Source of the DNA: Paraphysomonas bandaiensis
Lineage: Eukaryota > Protista > Chrysophyceae
DNA length: 64,000 nt
Reading direction: 5' to 3'
Assembly: GCA_965644295.1 (NCBI GenBank)
Contig: CBFFRP010000089.1
Span: forward strand, 76,359-140,358
This document shows, piece by piece, positions 48,801 through 62,341 of the stretch. A model generated the notes under the pieces. It had not been told where the DNA came from and did no database searches. It saw only the letters and a list, made by a program, of their open reading frames with translations. The stretch's first letter is position 1. The number at the start of each line of letters is the position of its first letter. Made by a program: the position numbers and the translations under genes.

Positions 48801-49211
48801 TTGATTGTTGTAATGTTGGGTAATATGACCATCATGTTTATTACAATATATAATATATTAAAGATTAAAATCGATACAGGAAGCTCGACTTTAGTATCTT
48901 TAATAGTAAAACTGATCTTGAAGGGAGAGATATTTGTGCTGTACGTAGATGCCGAGTTGATGAATCCAGCAAAACTTCATTTAGTGACAAGATTAGACAT
49001 TAAGTATGTGCATTAATATTGAATATTAGGTAAAAGTATACGCGAAGTAACTTGTGAGTTTCAGTGTTGATTCTAAGAGTGAACAGTCAAATTAAATTTG
49101 ATGTATCTGCGTGCATTATTTGTATGTTAATATTTGCACGTCAAATGTATATATATGACGACTGATTGGTGCCGTTTCTTGAAGAAGTTATATATATATC
49201 ATCATTCTGAT

Positions 49212-49378
49212 TGTTCACTGCGTTTGCCTTGAAGATAGAGCAAGAGTGGTTGCACCTTGGTGCTTGCGGTGACGCACAAGCAGCTTTTGTAGCGTAAAAT
49301 GGTAGGGTATCAGAGTTAAGTACTAGTTAGTTGAATTATTTCTGACTCGCAAACGCTAATAATAAGTCATTCACAATA
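49212..49378 (+). mobile_element. 3' fragment of the retroposon family (copy I)
   Basis: GTGGTTGCACCTTGGTGCTTGCGGTGACGCACAAGCAGC..GCTAATAATAAGTCATTCAC. Confidence 0.8.
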
Positions 49379-49778
49379 TATCTTGCTACAGATTTCAATG
49401 GAGTGAAACCGGTAGGGATGGGCCTAATGCTTAATACTTAATACACGTATCTACCCACATCATGCGCATTAGTAGCACACACATATAGTGTCAGATAATA
49501 GAATAGCACAATGAATTTGCAATGCTGACATATATAAATATGAAAAATACTTGGGGATGATCACCATAGAGTAAATTAAATGAGTAGTAGATGAAGAAAA
49601 ACACATATGTCAGTAGCATACTTATACAATTGATAGCAGTTGTTATTTGTTGTTATTTAAATGCATAAGTTTTCGTCTTTCTTTGTGATATTAGAAATCA
49701 GCGAATGAAAATTATGTCTTACTACATTCAACAACTAGAGCTAACACATATCAGCTGGATATTATTTAATAAAATTCA

Positions 49779-52461
49779 CTAGGATGATCCGTTTGACATT
49801 GTGGAATCCAATGACAACCTTCCTGCTATTCTAGAATATGATTCAACGGAGTCGTCAAAATCGTCTTCCACAAAACTCTCACTCCTATTTCCCCTGCTTC
49901 CAAACCCCTGGTCGGTGTATGGTCTGCTACCATCGGTCATTGTGTCGTTCACCCCTCGCGAACTCTCCCCTGGAGAAGCGTATATTCCAGAATACGATAC
50001 ATCGGCCCCAAATAAACTGCGGTCCTCCACTCGATCGCTATGGATATAGAATGATGACTCGCTGGGTTGCTCATTCACATCGTCTACAAGTGACTGAGAT
50101 AGAGAGGGATCTGGTCCAATTACTTCTGTGGGAAAGAGTGCATTAAGGCGTGACTGAGCAGAGTCGGATCTCGCAGGTGCATTCTCGCACTGGTAAATAC
50201 GCATATCTTGCAAGCACTGAGAAAGCATATCAGCGCAAAACGAAAGGCCTGGCTGCAAAGACAGAGCTCGGTGATATTCCTCCACTGCCTCATCAAACCT
50301 AAATACAACCGCATCAAGCGGAAATCATTCTTACATGTAGACTACGACACCTGCGAGCAAGATGCAGAGTGAAGCCAATGTTAGCGTGAGTCATGGGGTC
50401 CATTGGCCTGAATGCAAGACACTGCTGGTACCATTCGAGAGCGTTCTCAAGCATACCACACTTCCGGAGACATGTTGCGTAGTTACTCAGGATCTGTATG
50501 AGATAAACAGAAGATTGTCATCAGGGGAACGGGCGTATAAGAGTTCGTTGCGTACCTCAACCGATCCTGTGGTACTGTTGCGCCGATTCGAACCACTAGC
50601 CGCACCTCTTAAAACTTCTTCAGCCGCCTGCCTCAGCGACCTCAAACCATCGTCCAATCTATACATTGCGCGTAAAAAGCCATACCTTCTCCTAGATGGC
50701 ACCAACCTGTTCAGTTGCATATGAACCACTCCTAGCTCATTCAAAATAGAGGGGTCTTGAGGACAGAGCACCAAAGCCTCCGAAAGAACATGCAGTGCCA
50801 GGGAGAAATTACTGGTGCGTACCTATTTATATCACCGCGTAAAGGATTCGACACACATATATCTGTTATCTAGTAATTCACTCACCAGTTCTTTCGCCAT
50901 AAACACTTTGGGCTTATGATCACCCGGAAGGATACGACAAGCAGTCCTGTAAGCAGATATTGCGTGCTCGCTCTCTTCTTGTGCCGCCAAAACGTGGCCA
51001 AGAAGGATCCATGCATTTGAGAAACGTTTGTCTATCTTCGTAGCCTTCTGCAAGTACTTCTGGGCAGGCTCCAGTTTCTGGCAGGTCCAATAATAGCAGG
51101 CCACCGCGTACCATGAAACAGCAAGTTTGGGGTGAGTATGCGCTAGCTCGTGACCTGCATTGCTTCAGAATTTTTCGCTGAATGGTAAACTATATGAATA
51201 TACCTAAATAGAAGAGTTCGGTCTTTAGTTGAAGGTCAACCAATGTAGCGATGTATATGAGATTGCCACGCCAATCGAAGGGATCAATCGTGTATGCTTG
51301 TCGCGCCAGTCTGTAAGCTTCTTCTTGTTGGTTTCGCGCGTAGCTGTATTCTGCCTGCTGAATTAGGCTAAGCGCGCTCCGTAGCCCCCCTCCTTCATCA
51401 TTTCCACTCTCTGCTACCATATCAGGAACCCCGTCCTCAAGAAGAAAACTTCAAACTAAGGTGAGCACAATTCATTGCAAGAGAAGCCCTACCTGTAGTA
51501 CGGCTTCAGCCACGCCCTTCCTCCCACTTCATCACATTCCAAGACATCCTGGAGCAGCGACCGTTGCTCCCGCTGACTCATAAGACCGCGGGAAGATATA
51601 TACTCTGCCGCTTCTGTGCAAGCTGGGTCTATACGCAAGGCCATTGTGAGGGCACGTAAAGACCGTGGTCGGTTCTCTAGCATGTCAAAACAGCGACCGG
51701 CCTTGGTGTAAATGCCTGAAGTTGGAGTAGATGTTAGTGTTAGTGGTATATGTGCTGTGAAATAACTCGCCTGCCATGATATGAACGGCATTGGGGCGAT
51801 TGGGAATAACTGCAATCACTCTCTCGGCGACACCAACTCCTTCATCGTCAACCGCAAGAAGTGCTTCCAATAGAGTAACGCAGTCTTCCCATTCCTCAAG
51901 GCGCAGCAAGCAGTCCGCCGCTAAGTATAAGCCAGACAACTCGCTATGCTGTCCAGGGGTAAGGAATCGTGGCTCCTGATTAGTGAGGCTGTCTCTAGAA
52001 GGACGAAGAGTTTCGCTTATGGGGCCAATTACATCCGCGCCAAGTAAACCTCTGTGTTCAAGCGCAACCAAACATCGTCGATACTCTCCTGAGTAATGAA
52101 AGCACTATAGAGAAACACAGAAATAACTATCAATTAATAGAACTCAGCATATGATATACTCACCTTTGCGAACATGACCTGATCGGATGTGCATGAGCCC
52201 GGCAGACTGCACAGTCGCTCAGCGTAGAATATGGCAGTGCTGTATAGTTGCTGACAGCAGGTAAGAGTACACACAGAGAAATATGAGAGATACCTTATCT
52301 AAGCAGTCCTGTATGAGCTGCCTGATGTTACCTGTAGACTGAGCAGTGTCTTCTTCCCTGAGAGAAGCATCAGGAGCAGCAGCTAGTCCAGATGATGGAG
52401 ACGGACATGTAGAGGAGAGGCGGGACATAGCGGGGGTCAGGGAGGAAGTCGCTACTGCCAT
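49779..52461 (-). CDS. CDC16: APC/C subunit 6 (CDC16), TPR protein, multi-exon
   Basis: TAIFYAERL, ELFYLGHELA..HP..AVSWYAVACYY, AWILLGHVLAAQEESEHAISAYRTA and CPQDPSILNELGV. Confidence 0.93.
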
Positions 52462-54300
52462 GCCGTCACGGTGACGCTTTAAGGGCTTCAGTAGCTTGAT
52501 GAGAGAAACAGAGATGTGTGGGTATGTATCAGCTGGATATGTGTGTGTGTGTATATGTGTGTGTATGTATGTATATATGTGAATGTGTGTGTTAATATTT
52601 AAACTCAACTCCTCACTGCTCTGCTCTATAACTAAATACGGCGGTATACGGTGTAGTATACTGGGACCAACCTTGGGTTGTATTTGGACCGTATAAGCTG
52701 TAGTATATGTAGGATGCCTGTATAGCAGGCTACAGTATACTTGTCTTGTATATATGGTATACCTGGTTGGTATACGGATGTGGCTGCTCATAGACGATGT
52801 GATAGTCAGTCCAATGACAACACCTCTTGGAATAAGCACCCGTGTATCCTGTATGAAGAACCTCCTGTGGCGCATGCACACCGTAGTTCATGAAGGGGTG
52901 TTTAGACCCGATATATCACAAACTGCGGCCTTATAAATACACATGAATGTGATTCAGTTTCCAACACACCCTCAATAGCCCTCAGAGCGTATGGCACCAT
53001 AGTTCCATATGATGATCACATATGCACAGTGTGCTATAAACTTCAAGAAAACAAAGTAGCTCACTGATCAACCTACAAGCAAACAACGTTTTACACTTCT
53101 GAACGTGAAATACTGTGGATACCATTGACAGGACCGTAAATAACGTCAATATTATATAAATATAGGTGTCAAGTAGACATGCGGTTGTTCAACTTTGCTT
53201 AAGTTATAATTCTACGGATAGTATTCAATGTTGAACGTTGGAACAGAAAACTATTTCTTTGTGCATATGAACAAATAATTAGTTAGACTTTCACAATGTC
53301 AGCTACAAAAACTGCATACATCACGACGGGTGAGTTAATTGAGTAATGAATTGTAATTATTCTATACACTTTAATAATATCTAAATTAGACCATAGTATG
53401 TCCTCTAGCATAGTAGTTTTTTCTTATATTTAAGTACAAAGTATCCAATCGATATATTGTGAGTACCAAGAATATTTGAAGGGCGTATAGCGTATATTGT
53501 ATATTGATGGATATACTGCAGCTAAAGAAAATAATACCCTCACACCCTTTATTCTCCAAGACAACCCAAAATCAATAAATGGTATACAGGCTAATAGTTA
53601 TTGTCGTCAACGTTATTAGTATGACTAATCAGTAAGTAAACACATCCGTAGATTCCATTTTTAGTATTAGTAAGTATATGACTAATAGCTTTCTGTATAT
53701 GACTATCATAATATTGATTGCAGTTTATTGCAATAAATGTGAGCCACTTTAACAGAAACAATATTGATGGAAATTTTGGCCGGTCGAACAATCAATATAT
53801 TTTACAATACATTGCAATATACTGTACAATGTATTGCAGTTTAATATATTGTTTCCTAGCCCTGATTGAAACAATTTGAGAATATTTTTCTCTGTTACTT
53901 GACATATATATAGAAACTTGTGAGTGATCATACAGAAATTGTAGTCATCCTAAAACGCACATGAAGATAAGGAATAAACATACTCAGTCTAAGTATTTTT
54001 TGTCTACATTAAGGTCGCTGGGTTATCTTTTCAACATTTTAGATTATGGGTTACAGAGAAGTGTATATTGGCACTAACTCATATTAGAGTTTCAACCTAC
54101 ATGTATGGCTATGGAATGCGTAGCTTGTAGAAACAAAAGTACATCTCAAACGACAAGCTCGATACCGTAAACAGATTAGTAGCTGTTGTATATTTCCCTT
54201 CTCTACAGGATATGGGAATAGTATGAAAACCAAACACGAAATTGCTCAAAATGGCATTATTAAGAAAGCATGAGTGATCAGTGCCAAATACGCCGATAGC

Positions 54301-54646
54301 TTAACGGGCCCTCTGCCTCATCTTCCTGCGCTTGCGACGAAGGCGCCTCATCCTCTTCTTGCGCCACTTGGCACGCATACCACCATTGACGTCAAGAAGA
54401 AGAGTGACAGTGTCATCTTCCTCGACAACGTCGAAGAGGTCGCCCATAGCAACGGCCTTAGTTCCACAAACCAGGCGCTGCATATCTGCAAAAGATTTTA
54501 TATAAATAAAATAGAATAATGAATGACATACCGGCAGGGATGAACTCCACATCCTCGATCTGGTTCTTCAGGTCGGAGACAGTGGCGCCCTCCTCGACCG
54601 ACACCACGAAGGTGCGGTCCAATGATCGAACAAATATCTGAGGCAT
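54301..54646 (-). CDS. RPL41: ubiquitin-like domain fused to ribosomal protein eL41 (eS32)
   Basis: Exons 54646-54532 and 54485-54301 (46-nt intron) give a 74-aa Ubl ending NGG, followed by MRAKWRKKRMRRLRRKRRKMRQRAR*. Confidence 0.93.
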
Positions 54647-55127
54647 CGCTTTCAAGGCTTTCTGGTTGCTCAAAACCTGTATTGGAGGCGAGCAGACAGC
54701 AGAAGCAAATATATGACTGACTTGCTCATCAATTACCTTCATAGCATGACATATGCAGCCATCCAACTACAAAAATCTTCTATGGGTACTATAATTTCAG
54801 TTTATAGTTTCGACTTTTAGTGGCAATTTTTTCTTCACAAATTTTGATGTTGTAAATTTTCGACAACCATTTTTAGTATGGAAAGTCGAAGTATCTGGTG
54901 CTGTATGTGTGCATGTATGTATGTATGTATCTATATGGCATATATACGCTGCTGTATGACCACTTGCATTGGGACAATAGACTGTACACTATACACGCAC
55001 AGGAGTTAGCCTAACTGTGCAATACACTCACTCAACAGTTTCCCCTTCAGGATATAATCTAGTTGACCTTAAGGCTATTCATCAGTGTGTTGGTTGACTT
55101 ATTCTGTATATATATAACATCTCTCAG

Positions 55128-56951
55128 ATGATCCGAACGGCAGTCTTTGCGGTGTTGTGTGTAGTCGCATACAGGGGGGGAGTTACAGGACAGATCACTA
55201 CTAAAGTCCGTCCCCAACCAGAGCATCTTGATCTACATGGAATAGAGGAGTGCTGTTCGTATATAGACGATCCTGTTGCTCTCATGAACTGTGCCAACAC
55301 ATCTTCTTATAGTAACTTTGCAAGAGTTAACAATAACATAAGGGCGCATGGTGCTCCGACTCTTGGAGTGGGTATAGTTACATATGCAACTGAAGATATA
55401 TGGAATTATACAGCCTACTCACTTGCTGTCAATGAAGTGTATGCCGAGCACAATGGTTATATTATGCTGCATTTGGATCCAGCTACTGCTAAGTTCGATG
55501 ACTTCGATGCTAGATGGAACAAAATCAAGATATTAGAGGAGGCTCTAAATCCAGAGACTGGATGGGCACGAAATTTAGATTACGTCATGTGGGTAGATGC
55601 AGATTTAATATTTCTTGACCTTGGATTGCGGCTTGAGATGGTTGCAGCAGAGCATCCGAAAGCTCACGTAATTATATCCGCCGAGCATGCAGGTAGCAGT
55701 ACCCTAGTAAATAGTGGTACAGTCATGGTACGTAACACCAAATGGGCGAGACAATTTCTTGCAGACTGGTGGAATTTCGGCGCTAGAAAATTGTACAGCG
55801 ACCAGGAACAATTTGATCTTCTATATGAGTCTCGGCGAAGTGAGATGGAGAAACATATCGCTATTCTCCCTCCTGATGCTCTTAATTCTGATCCCCCTGC
55901 AATGACCAAACAGAAGCCCTACAATCAGGTACTTCATCTCATGGGTGAGCATACGCATTATCGTATGAAGGCTTTCGGGAGTGCGTACAAGGAGATCTGT
56001 CGGCGAACAGGTGGAGGGCCAGATTCGACTGCGCCTTTGGCTTTACAACTCACCAACACAGTTGAGAATCTCCATAAATGGACCTTAGAAAGTTACTTTG
56101 ATGAAATGACTGAGCGTATGGAAGCTTTCAAGAAGAAAATGGGCACTGGAGAGAATGGTATTAAGGAGGCTCGTCTACTGTCAAACTCGGTGCACCACTA
56201 CGCCCACGCTGTCGAGTATAGAGGCTTGCCTGGGGATGCTGAAACCTCTACTGACCTGCGCAACACCACTTTCAAACTGCTTTTTGAGAACTTGCAAAAC
56301 AGACGTGTGCTCAATGCGAAACATCTGAACGAGACTGGGCGCATCATGCAAGATTGGCCGGAGCTAATGAAGGCTGTATGTGAGGCGGGGCAGCACATGA
56401 CCTCTCTGGGACCCCCTGAGGAGAAACACAGAGTAGCACGGATAGTTATGGATTTACTACACGAGTTGCTCAAGCTTTGTCACCATCTTCAGCGCCCTGC
56501 CGTTATGCATATGATCGCTGCTCTGTATATGGATACAGGACTTATTGATTATTATGAGATGAAGCTCGATGAGGCACTAGTCAACTTTCACAAGAGCTTG
56601 AACTTAAACAGAAAGCTAGCTGAAAGCTCGGGAGACCATATACTTGTGAGTCCCATGACAATACTTGCCAATACGTATGCACAGCTGAAGCAGTACGAAG
56701 AAGCGTTCAATTACTACGAATCTAGTATCGCCATCACTGAGCGCCATTTGGGGACTACACACGACTCGCTTTCAGAGATATTGCTCAACCTTGCTACAGC
56801 GAAGTATATGACTGGCAATTTTAAAGAGGCTAGAAAACTAACCAGTCGAGCAATAGACATATGTATGCGTAACCACAGACCAGTTAGTGACTATGTGTAT
56901 CAACGTGCAGTTCAGCTTTATAATGAGTTGACTAGAGTAATGGAATTGTAA
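55128..56951 (+). CDS. GT34-like glycosyltransferase with C-terminal TPR repeats
   Basis: Signal peptide; YAEHNGY, RWNKI, WVDADLIF (DxD), VNSG and DQ; C-terminal TPR-like helices (LANTYAQLKQYEEAFNYY, NLATAKYMTGNFKEA). Confidence 0.85.
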   Translation: MIRTAVFAVLCVVAYRGGVTGQITTKVRPQPEHLDLHGIEECCSYIDDPVALMNCANTSSYSNFARVNNNIRAHGAPTLGVGIVTYATEDIWNYTAYSLAVNEVYAEHNGYIMLHLDPATAKFDDFDARWNKIKILEEALNPETGWARNLDYVMWVDADLIFLDLGLRLEMVAAEHPKAHVIISAEHAGSSTLVNSGTVMVRNTKWARQFLADWWNFGARKLYSDQEQFDLLYESRRSEMEKHIAILPPDALNSDPPAMTKQKPYNQVLHLMGEHTHYRMKAFGSAYKEICRRTGGGPDSTAPLALQLTNTVENLHKWTLESYFDEMTERMEAFKKKMGTGENGIKEARLLSNSVHHYAHAVEYRGLPGDAETSTDLRNTTFKLLFENLQNRRVLNAKHLNETGRIMQDWPELMKAVCEAGQHMTSLGPPEEKHRVARIVMDLLHELLKLCHHLQRPAVMHMIAALYMDTGLIDYYEMKLDEALVNFHKSLNLNRKLAESSGDHILVSPMTILANTYAQLKQYEEAFNYYESSIAITERHLGTTHDSLSEILLNLATAKYMTGNFKEARKLTSRAIDICMRNHRPVSDYVYQRAVQLYNELTRVMEL

Positions 56952-57766
56952 GTTTTAATTGACTATTTCTCAACTATGTGTGGCTACTTTATTCTGGTGG
57001 CATCTGCTAATAACCGTTGGTGATGCAATTTGCAATATATGCGATTGATATGTCTACAAAGCATTCTAATTATGACCATTACAGTAGAGTTGATAACTGT
57101 AGTACATGAATTAATGGTATGAATTATGTTGGAGAATATAAATATAGCGACTGCTAATAAACGGTAAGAGATGTTGAGTATTACGAACAGATTAGTGAGC
57201 GAGTTCAACATTCAGATATTGAAGTTTAATTATTCAAATATGACATATGTTGATAGAGGCTTCTATTGTGATATGAGACCTCTATTCTACTTGAGTAAAA
57301 TAAACTATTCTATTCTACAAATAAAGGGGTGCACTCAAATGCACGACACCATGTTGTTCAAACGTAGGAAGCCTTTTTGACTCATTCAAAAACCATGATT
57401 GTTTGTAAGCAAATTGTAAATTATTATGCATCATTGATACAGAAGCACTCATATCCGTTAATAACCGTAGAGCCATTTGAATATATTACGGTCTCCTCTT
57501 TCTCGTATAAAACTTTTAGTGTATATTATATATTCTAGTTTTACATGATATTGGGTATTGTGGTCAATGTAATGATAGTATATTGTATATTCAAAACAAT
57601 TTTCAATGGTAAACGCTAAACCATGCACACCGAAGCAAGAATTGTTCAAAATCACTTTAGATATGTACCAGCCACCCATAATTGACTACCAATGGGAAAA
57701 TAAAGAGTTGTAAATATATACTACCCATTCGCATCGATTCGTCATATGCTAATCAGTCTATCCTCC

Positions 57767-58217
57767 CCCTCAACAAAGTCGGAATCGCACCTTTATTTCG
57801 TGGTATTCTGGGGTATAAGCACCACCGGAGATACTTCTCTAGGAAACTAATGTGAGCCGCAAACGTAGACAGCAGATATTTTTCGGCCTACTCATATGCT
57901 TGTGTAGTACAAGAGAAAGACTAATTTGTGTCACTTGTGTAGACGTCTTTGGGCCTTGACGAATAAACAGGCATCCGAGAATGGGCCCTCCTCAAGGGGC
58001 ATCCGGGGTATTGGGCTGCCTATACTGAAGTCAATCATCCGGGCTGTTCACTTTAAAACACAAAGCAAACGTGGCTGCACCTTGGTGCTGGCGGTGACGC
58101 ACAAGCAGCCAAGTGCGTTAAAAAGTAGGATATGAGAGCTAAGCACAAGTTAGTTAAATTGCTTTGCTACATTAGTTCTGAATCTTAGAAATTGCTAATA
58201 ATAAGACAATCGCGTAC
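57767..58217 (+). mobile_element. full-length ~451-bp retroposon (copy B) with HDV-like fold at 57779-57859
   Basis: Colinear with copy A; 7-bp TSD ATCCTCC (57760-66, 58218-24). Confidence 0.88.
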
Positions 58218-58536
58218 ATCCTCCAGTGAGTGTATAGGCGTCCTAATCACTCATCACCTCAGTATCAATAAAGATATATACTATGTCGTTTGCTCTGTAC
58301 CTACATATTAGGCTGAGAATTATGCAAGGGTCGAATAAACACAATGAGTAAAATAAACAGGATAGTCGAATAAATTAGGTTTGGGGTTTGAATTGTCGTA
58401 TCATACAGTGCTTCCACTAGAACACAATCACGGTTACAAGAAGTTCCATTAAGGCTTGAGGTCCACTTTGCGCGGAGCATATTGTACTAATATCTACCTC
58501 CTGATCTACATCACACAGCTATCTACAGGCTTCCAA

Positions 58537-61500
58537 TTAACGACACTGATCTACCTTAACCGTTACTAATCTGTCTGATACCGATGGTCTACCATTGGAA
58601 TTAGACTTGAGGAAAAATACCTGGTGAAAACTCCCAGATACGATTGCCCAGTTATCCTCATCTTCATTTTGAGGATCCAAATTACAAAGTCTATATTTTG
58701 ATTTCGCAATAACTTGAATGCGTATACACATAGATTGGGCAGCCGCAGAATCGGAATCCACTTCGCTATCTGAAGTGTTGCCAACGGCATGCTGCTTATT
58801 GTGTTTCTTCCGGTTGAGAATAGATCCACCAGAGTCAGCAGCTTTGTTGTGAGCACCAAATGCTTTCCGAAGAAGATAATTCCTTTTATGTGGTGTATTC
58901 GGAGTATTTCCACTTCCTACAGAGCAGTCATCATCTGCCTTTTTCCCTTGGTCTCCCATAGACGGCGACGAGGAATTATCTCTCCTTGTGCTTCCAAATT
59001 TGAAAGACACAAAACGAGATTTTGGTGCGTTTGAACCCAATGGCCCATCTTGTAAATTTACAGTATTGCTATGTTTACGATAACCTGGAGATGCCATTAA
59101 CATTTTCTTAAATGCACTGGACCGTTTTCGTGGCCTACGTTCAACATTGGACTCAAATGTAATTTCGCTGATTGCAACAGTCGCCTCCTCATCAGGGGTA
59201 TATGTCGACACAGCGGAAGGTACTGCACCAGGCCGATCGCGTTCACTATAAGACCTTCTATACATACTGCGGTGTGACCCTGCTGTCGGACTTTCAGCCA
59301 ACTCGGGAGTACCGTCCTCCGAGTCAACACTGAGACGTCTCACCGAGTGCGAAGGCAGTAACACACTTCCTGTCGAAAAAGGTCGCGGAATACCCTCATC
59401 ATTGCTATCCATGCTATCGTAGGCTTCATCTATATTTGGTTCCTCCCTTTCATCTTCCGCGTACGTATAATACTCACCGCGGGCAGAAGAGTTGGTGCTG
59501 GCTTCAGTATAGTTACTCATATCACTGCTGACACACACAGAGTCTTCACTCATAGGGGGGTGGCTACTCCTCGTCTGAGAAACTGTCCTACGAAGGCCGA
59601 TGTCTTTAGCAAGCAGGACCCTACTTGGAATAGCGGTTGCTCCAGGGATATCTGACTGCAGGGCAACATCTGTTGCATCTAAATAGGGCATCGCGATCTC
59701 TGTGGGCAGTGACACCAGAGCATTACATGAATTTCGTGGAATTTCGGGGTAGTAGAGACGGGATTTCGCGTCGCCCTCGACGGAAACCGAATGCTGGGTG
59801 TGCCCCGAGCTATCAGTCGTGTCGTCACCCTGTGTTTTCTGTCCCCCGGAGGCCCATTTGTCAGACAAATGCTTCACAGTTGCTGCGGCTGCATCAACAT
59901 CCTCTCTATCTTTCGGCGTACACCGATTTGGAGGAGTATCTACAGTATCGCCTCCATCCGAGAAGATCATATCTGTAGCCAACACACGGTCTTGTGAAGC
60001 TGTACTTTTCTGAAGCTTTTCCTCACACATGGGATTACTTCCAACATCAGAAACGCTGTAGTCGCTTCCATCTTTTTCCTCTTGTACTGGCTTCGCTCGC
60101 TTACCGCTTTCAACAATATCCACAATAATCTCTAGCGGGTCTGCTTCACAAGCAAGGGGAGTGAGCACTGCAAAATTTTTGTTTACTAAAAGACTCTCAA
60201 CAATATAGTAGGTATCTCCGCCACTCTGAGTTCGATTACAACACAGCAAAATGTCCCGTGCGCAGCTCAAAGCGAGCCCCTCGTCTAAATCGGCATATGT
60301 CGCAAGTTTTCGTCGAATGGTTTCCATATGTTGTGTGGAGGATGGGTGTGATGGTGTTGGCGTATCAACATATCGGTTACGCATTTCTTCCACTTGTAGC
60401 AGGATATGTCGTACCAGAGATCCAAGCATAGCTTCAGGCCCATCGATACCACCCGATATTTCGTCGCCGTTAATGGTCATCACATCTCGATGTAAGTCTT
60501 TCCATGCCTAAGGAGCGTTGACCACACTTCAATAACAATAAAATAGTAACATACCTGAGAGCACTCGGTGGAAACAAATCTTTTGACTACCTTTTCTTTC
60601 TTCGATCTAGATTTCTTCTCCGTGCTTTGCTTTAGTCCAGACGAAATAGGTGTACATTCCTGTAGTTGCTAATGTACAATTAAAGAAGACATAAACATGA
60701 AAACGAGTTGGTTACCTTCATAAAAGATACTGGAATTGTAAATACAGATTCCGTGGTGTACATCGACAGTAAGTCGCGATAGGCCTCCGCCGTTCTTGCA
60801 TTTATAATAGCGGATTGCACAGACAGGCATCTCTGCATTTCAGGGCCCCAGTAACCAAATGAACCACAGCCATTTTTCTGTCCCTTTTTCTCCCTGAGCT
60901 TGCATTCTTCCTCCGCATCGTTCATAGGCCGCAGAAGTGTGGAGGTGTTAACCAAATCGCCAGCAACGTCTCCTTCTCCTCCATAGCTACTGTCATTAGC
61001 AACCGAAGGACTGTCATCTGCATCCACAATGGCGAAGTCGCCAGCTGATCCAATCATAGCTGTCTTGATCGCATTTACCCACGATTGCATTTCTTCAGCA
61101 GAATCTGCCATCCAAAAGCGTTTCTGGCCTTCAATATCACTTATTCCAAAAACAAACCGACCCATCATTGGACCAGATTTAATGGTGTGGCACTTTACTT
61201 TTTTTACAACCAACTTGATCGTCTTACAATTGTATGTATCTCCCCAGCCGGAGTAATCTTCATACGAAAAACTCCCATGTCGCAGTTCCACATATTTTTC
61301 CTTCCAAACGCGGGCCACCGCACCACCACTCGATTTCTTTAATGTTCCTTATTTCATTGTTAGAATCATACATAACAAACAAGGTCACCATACCGTATTT
61401 AATTATATCTGAGGTGCTGCCATCGCGCTGCCTACGATTGGCTTGTTTTTCAATCATACTCTGATCTCGTTGATCAAGCAACTTCAAGGCAGCTCTTAAA

Positions 61501-61774
61501 TATATTTTCCGCTCTATTGACATGGTCTCAATATCTGCTTGTTTGGTTGGAATTCGAAGATTTTTATATACATGGCTGCCCATTCCACTGTCCGAATCAT
61601 TCGACTCGTCATCATCCGAGTCCAGTGACAGTATTCTTCAGATTATAAACGTAAGCAGTGTGAATTCTATGCATGATTTAATTACCTCACTCTCTGGTCA
61701 ATCATCGATACCGCCATATGAATATAACACAACAGTTCAATCAATCACACACTCTGACATACACTCCAGAGCAT
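58537..61774 (-). CDS. PH-domain protein with long disordered region (5' end uncertain)
   Basis: IIKYG|..WKEKYVELRHGSFSY...RFWMADSAEEMQSWVNAIK is a PH signature; spliced to the 648-aa ORF. Confidence 0.8.
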
Positions 61775-62341
61775 AAGTACATGATGAAATTAAGCGGGAT
61801 GGAAGGAAATCCACTCCTAAGAGGTATTGAATGTATTTCTAATTGGATTCGCTCCCGTTATTCTTATTTAAATTAATAGAAACCGGAATATGTTAAGTAC
61901 CCCAATTAAAGCAGTTGCTTATGAGAAACTCGCTCCTTCAGTTGCCATATGGCGTAATGTATGAGACAAGACGTACACAGTTGTATACTGTACATACATA
62001 TACTGCTGGCTCTATATGTTCTGCTCCAACCCATGCTGCAGTATACAGATATTCTACGGCTGTAATACGGTCTGCCTGAAGAAAATTATTGATTTGAAAT
62101 ATGACGACCGTATATGGTACGGTATACACCGTATTCATACTACATCTACTGTATACTGTTCGTAGTGCTGTATACGTCGTTGGCACTGAAGCAACAGCAG
62201 ACAGCAGCCTGTACTTGTAATATATGTACGTACAGCACCTTACTGCACCCGGCCCTGACTGAAGTGCAGGTCCTCTCTTGAGAAGGCATAAGACAGCTAC
62301 TGTTAGGCTGCTAATTCCTAGCATTGGGTTCACCGGATCAT

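Noticed and set aside
46089-54646. OTU protease as the dedicated processing enzyme for Ubl-eL41
   Set aside because: Only proximity supports it, CDC16 lies between the genes, and eukaryotic neighbours are rarely functionally coupled.
6259-61776. Numerous antisense, nested or intergenic short ORFs in the track (e.g. 6499-7065, 10442-12904 plus strand, 32015-32212, 57926-58135)
   Set aside because: They are shadows of real genes or of non-coding repeats, and their frames are not conserved between repeat copies.
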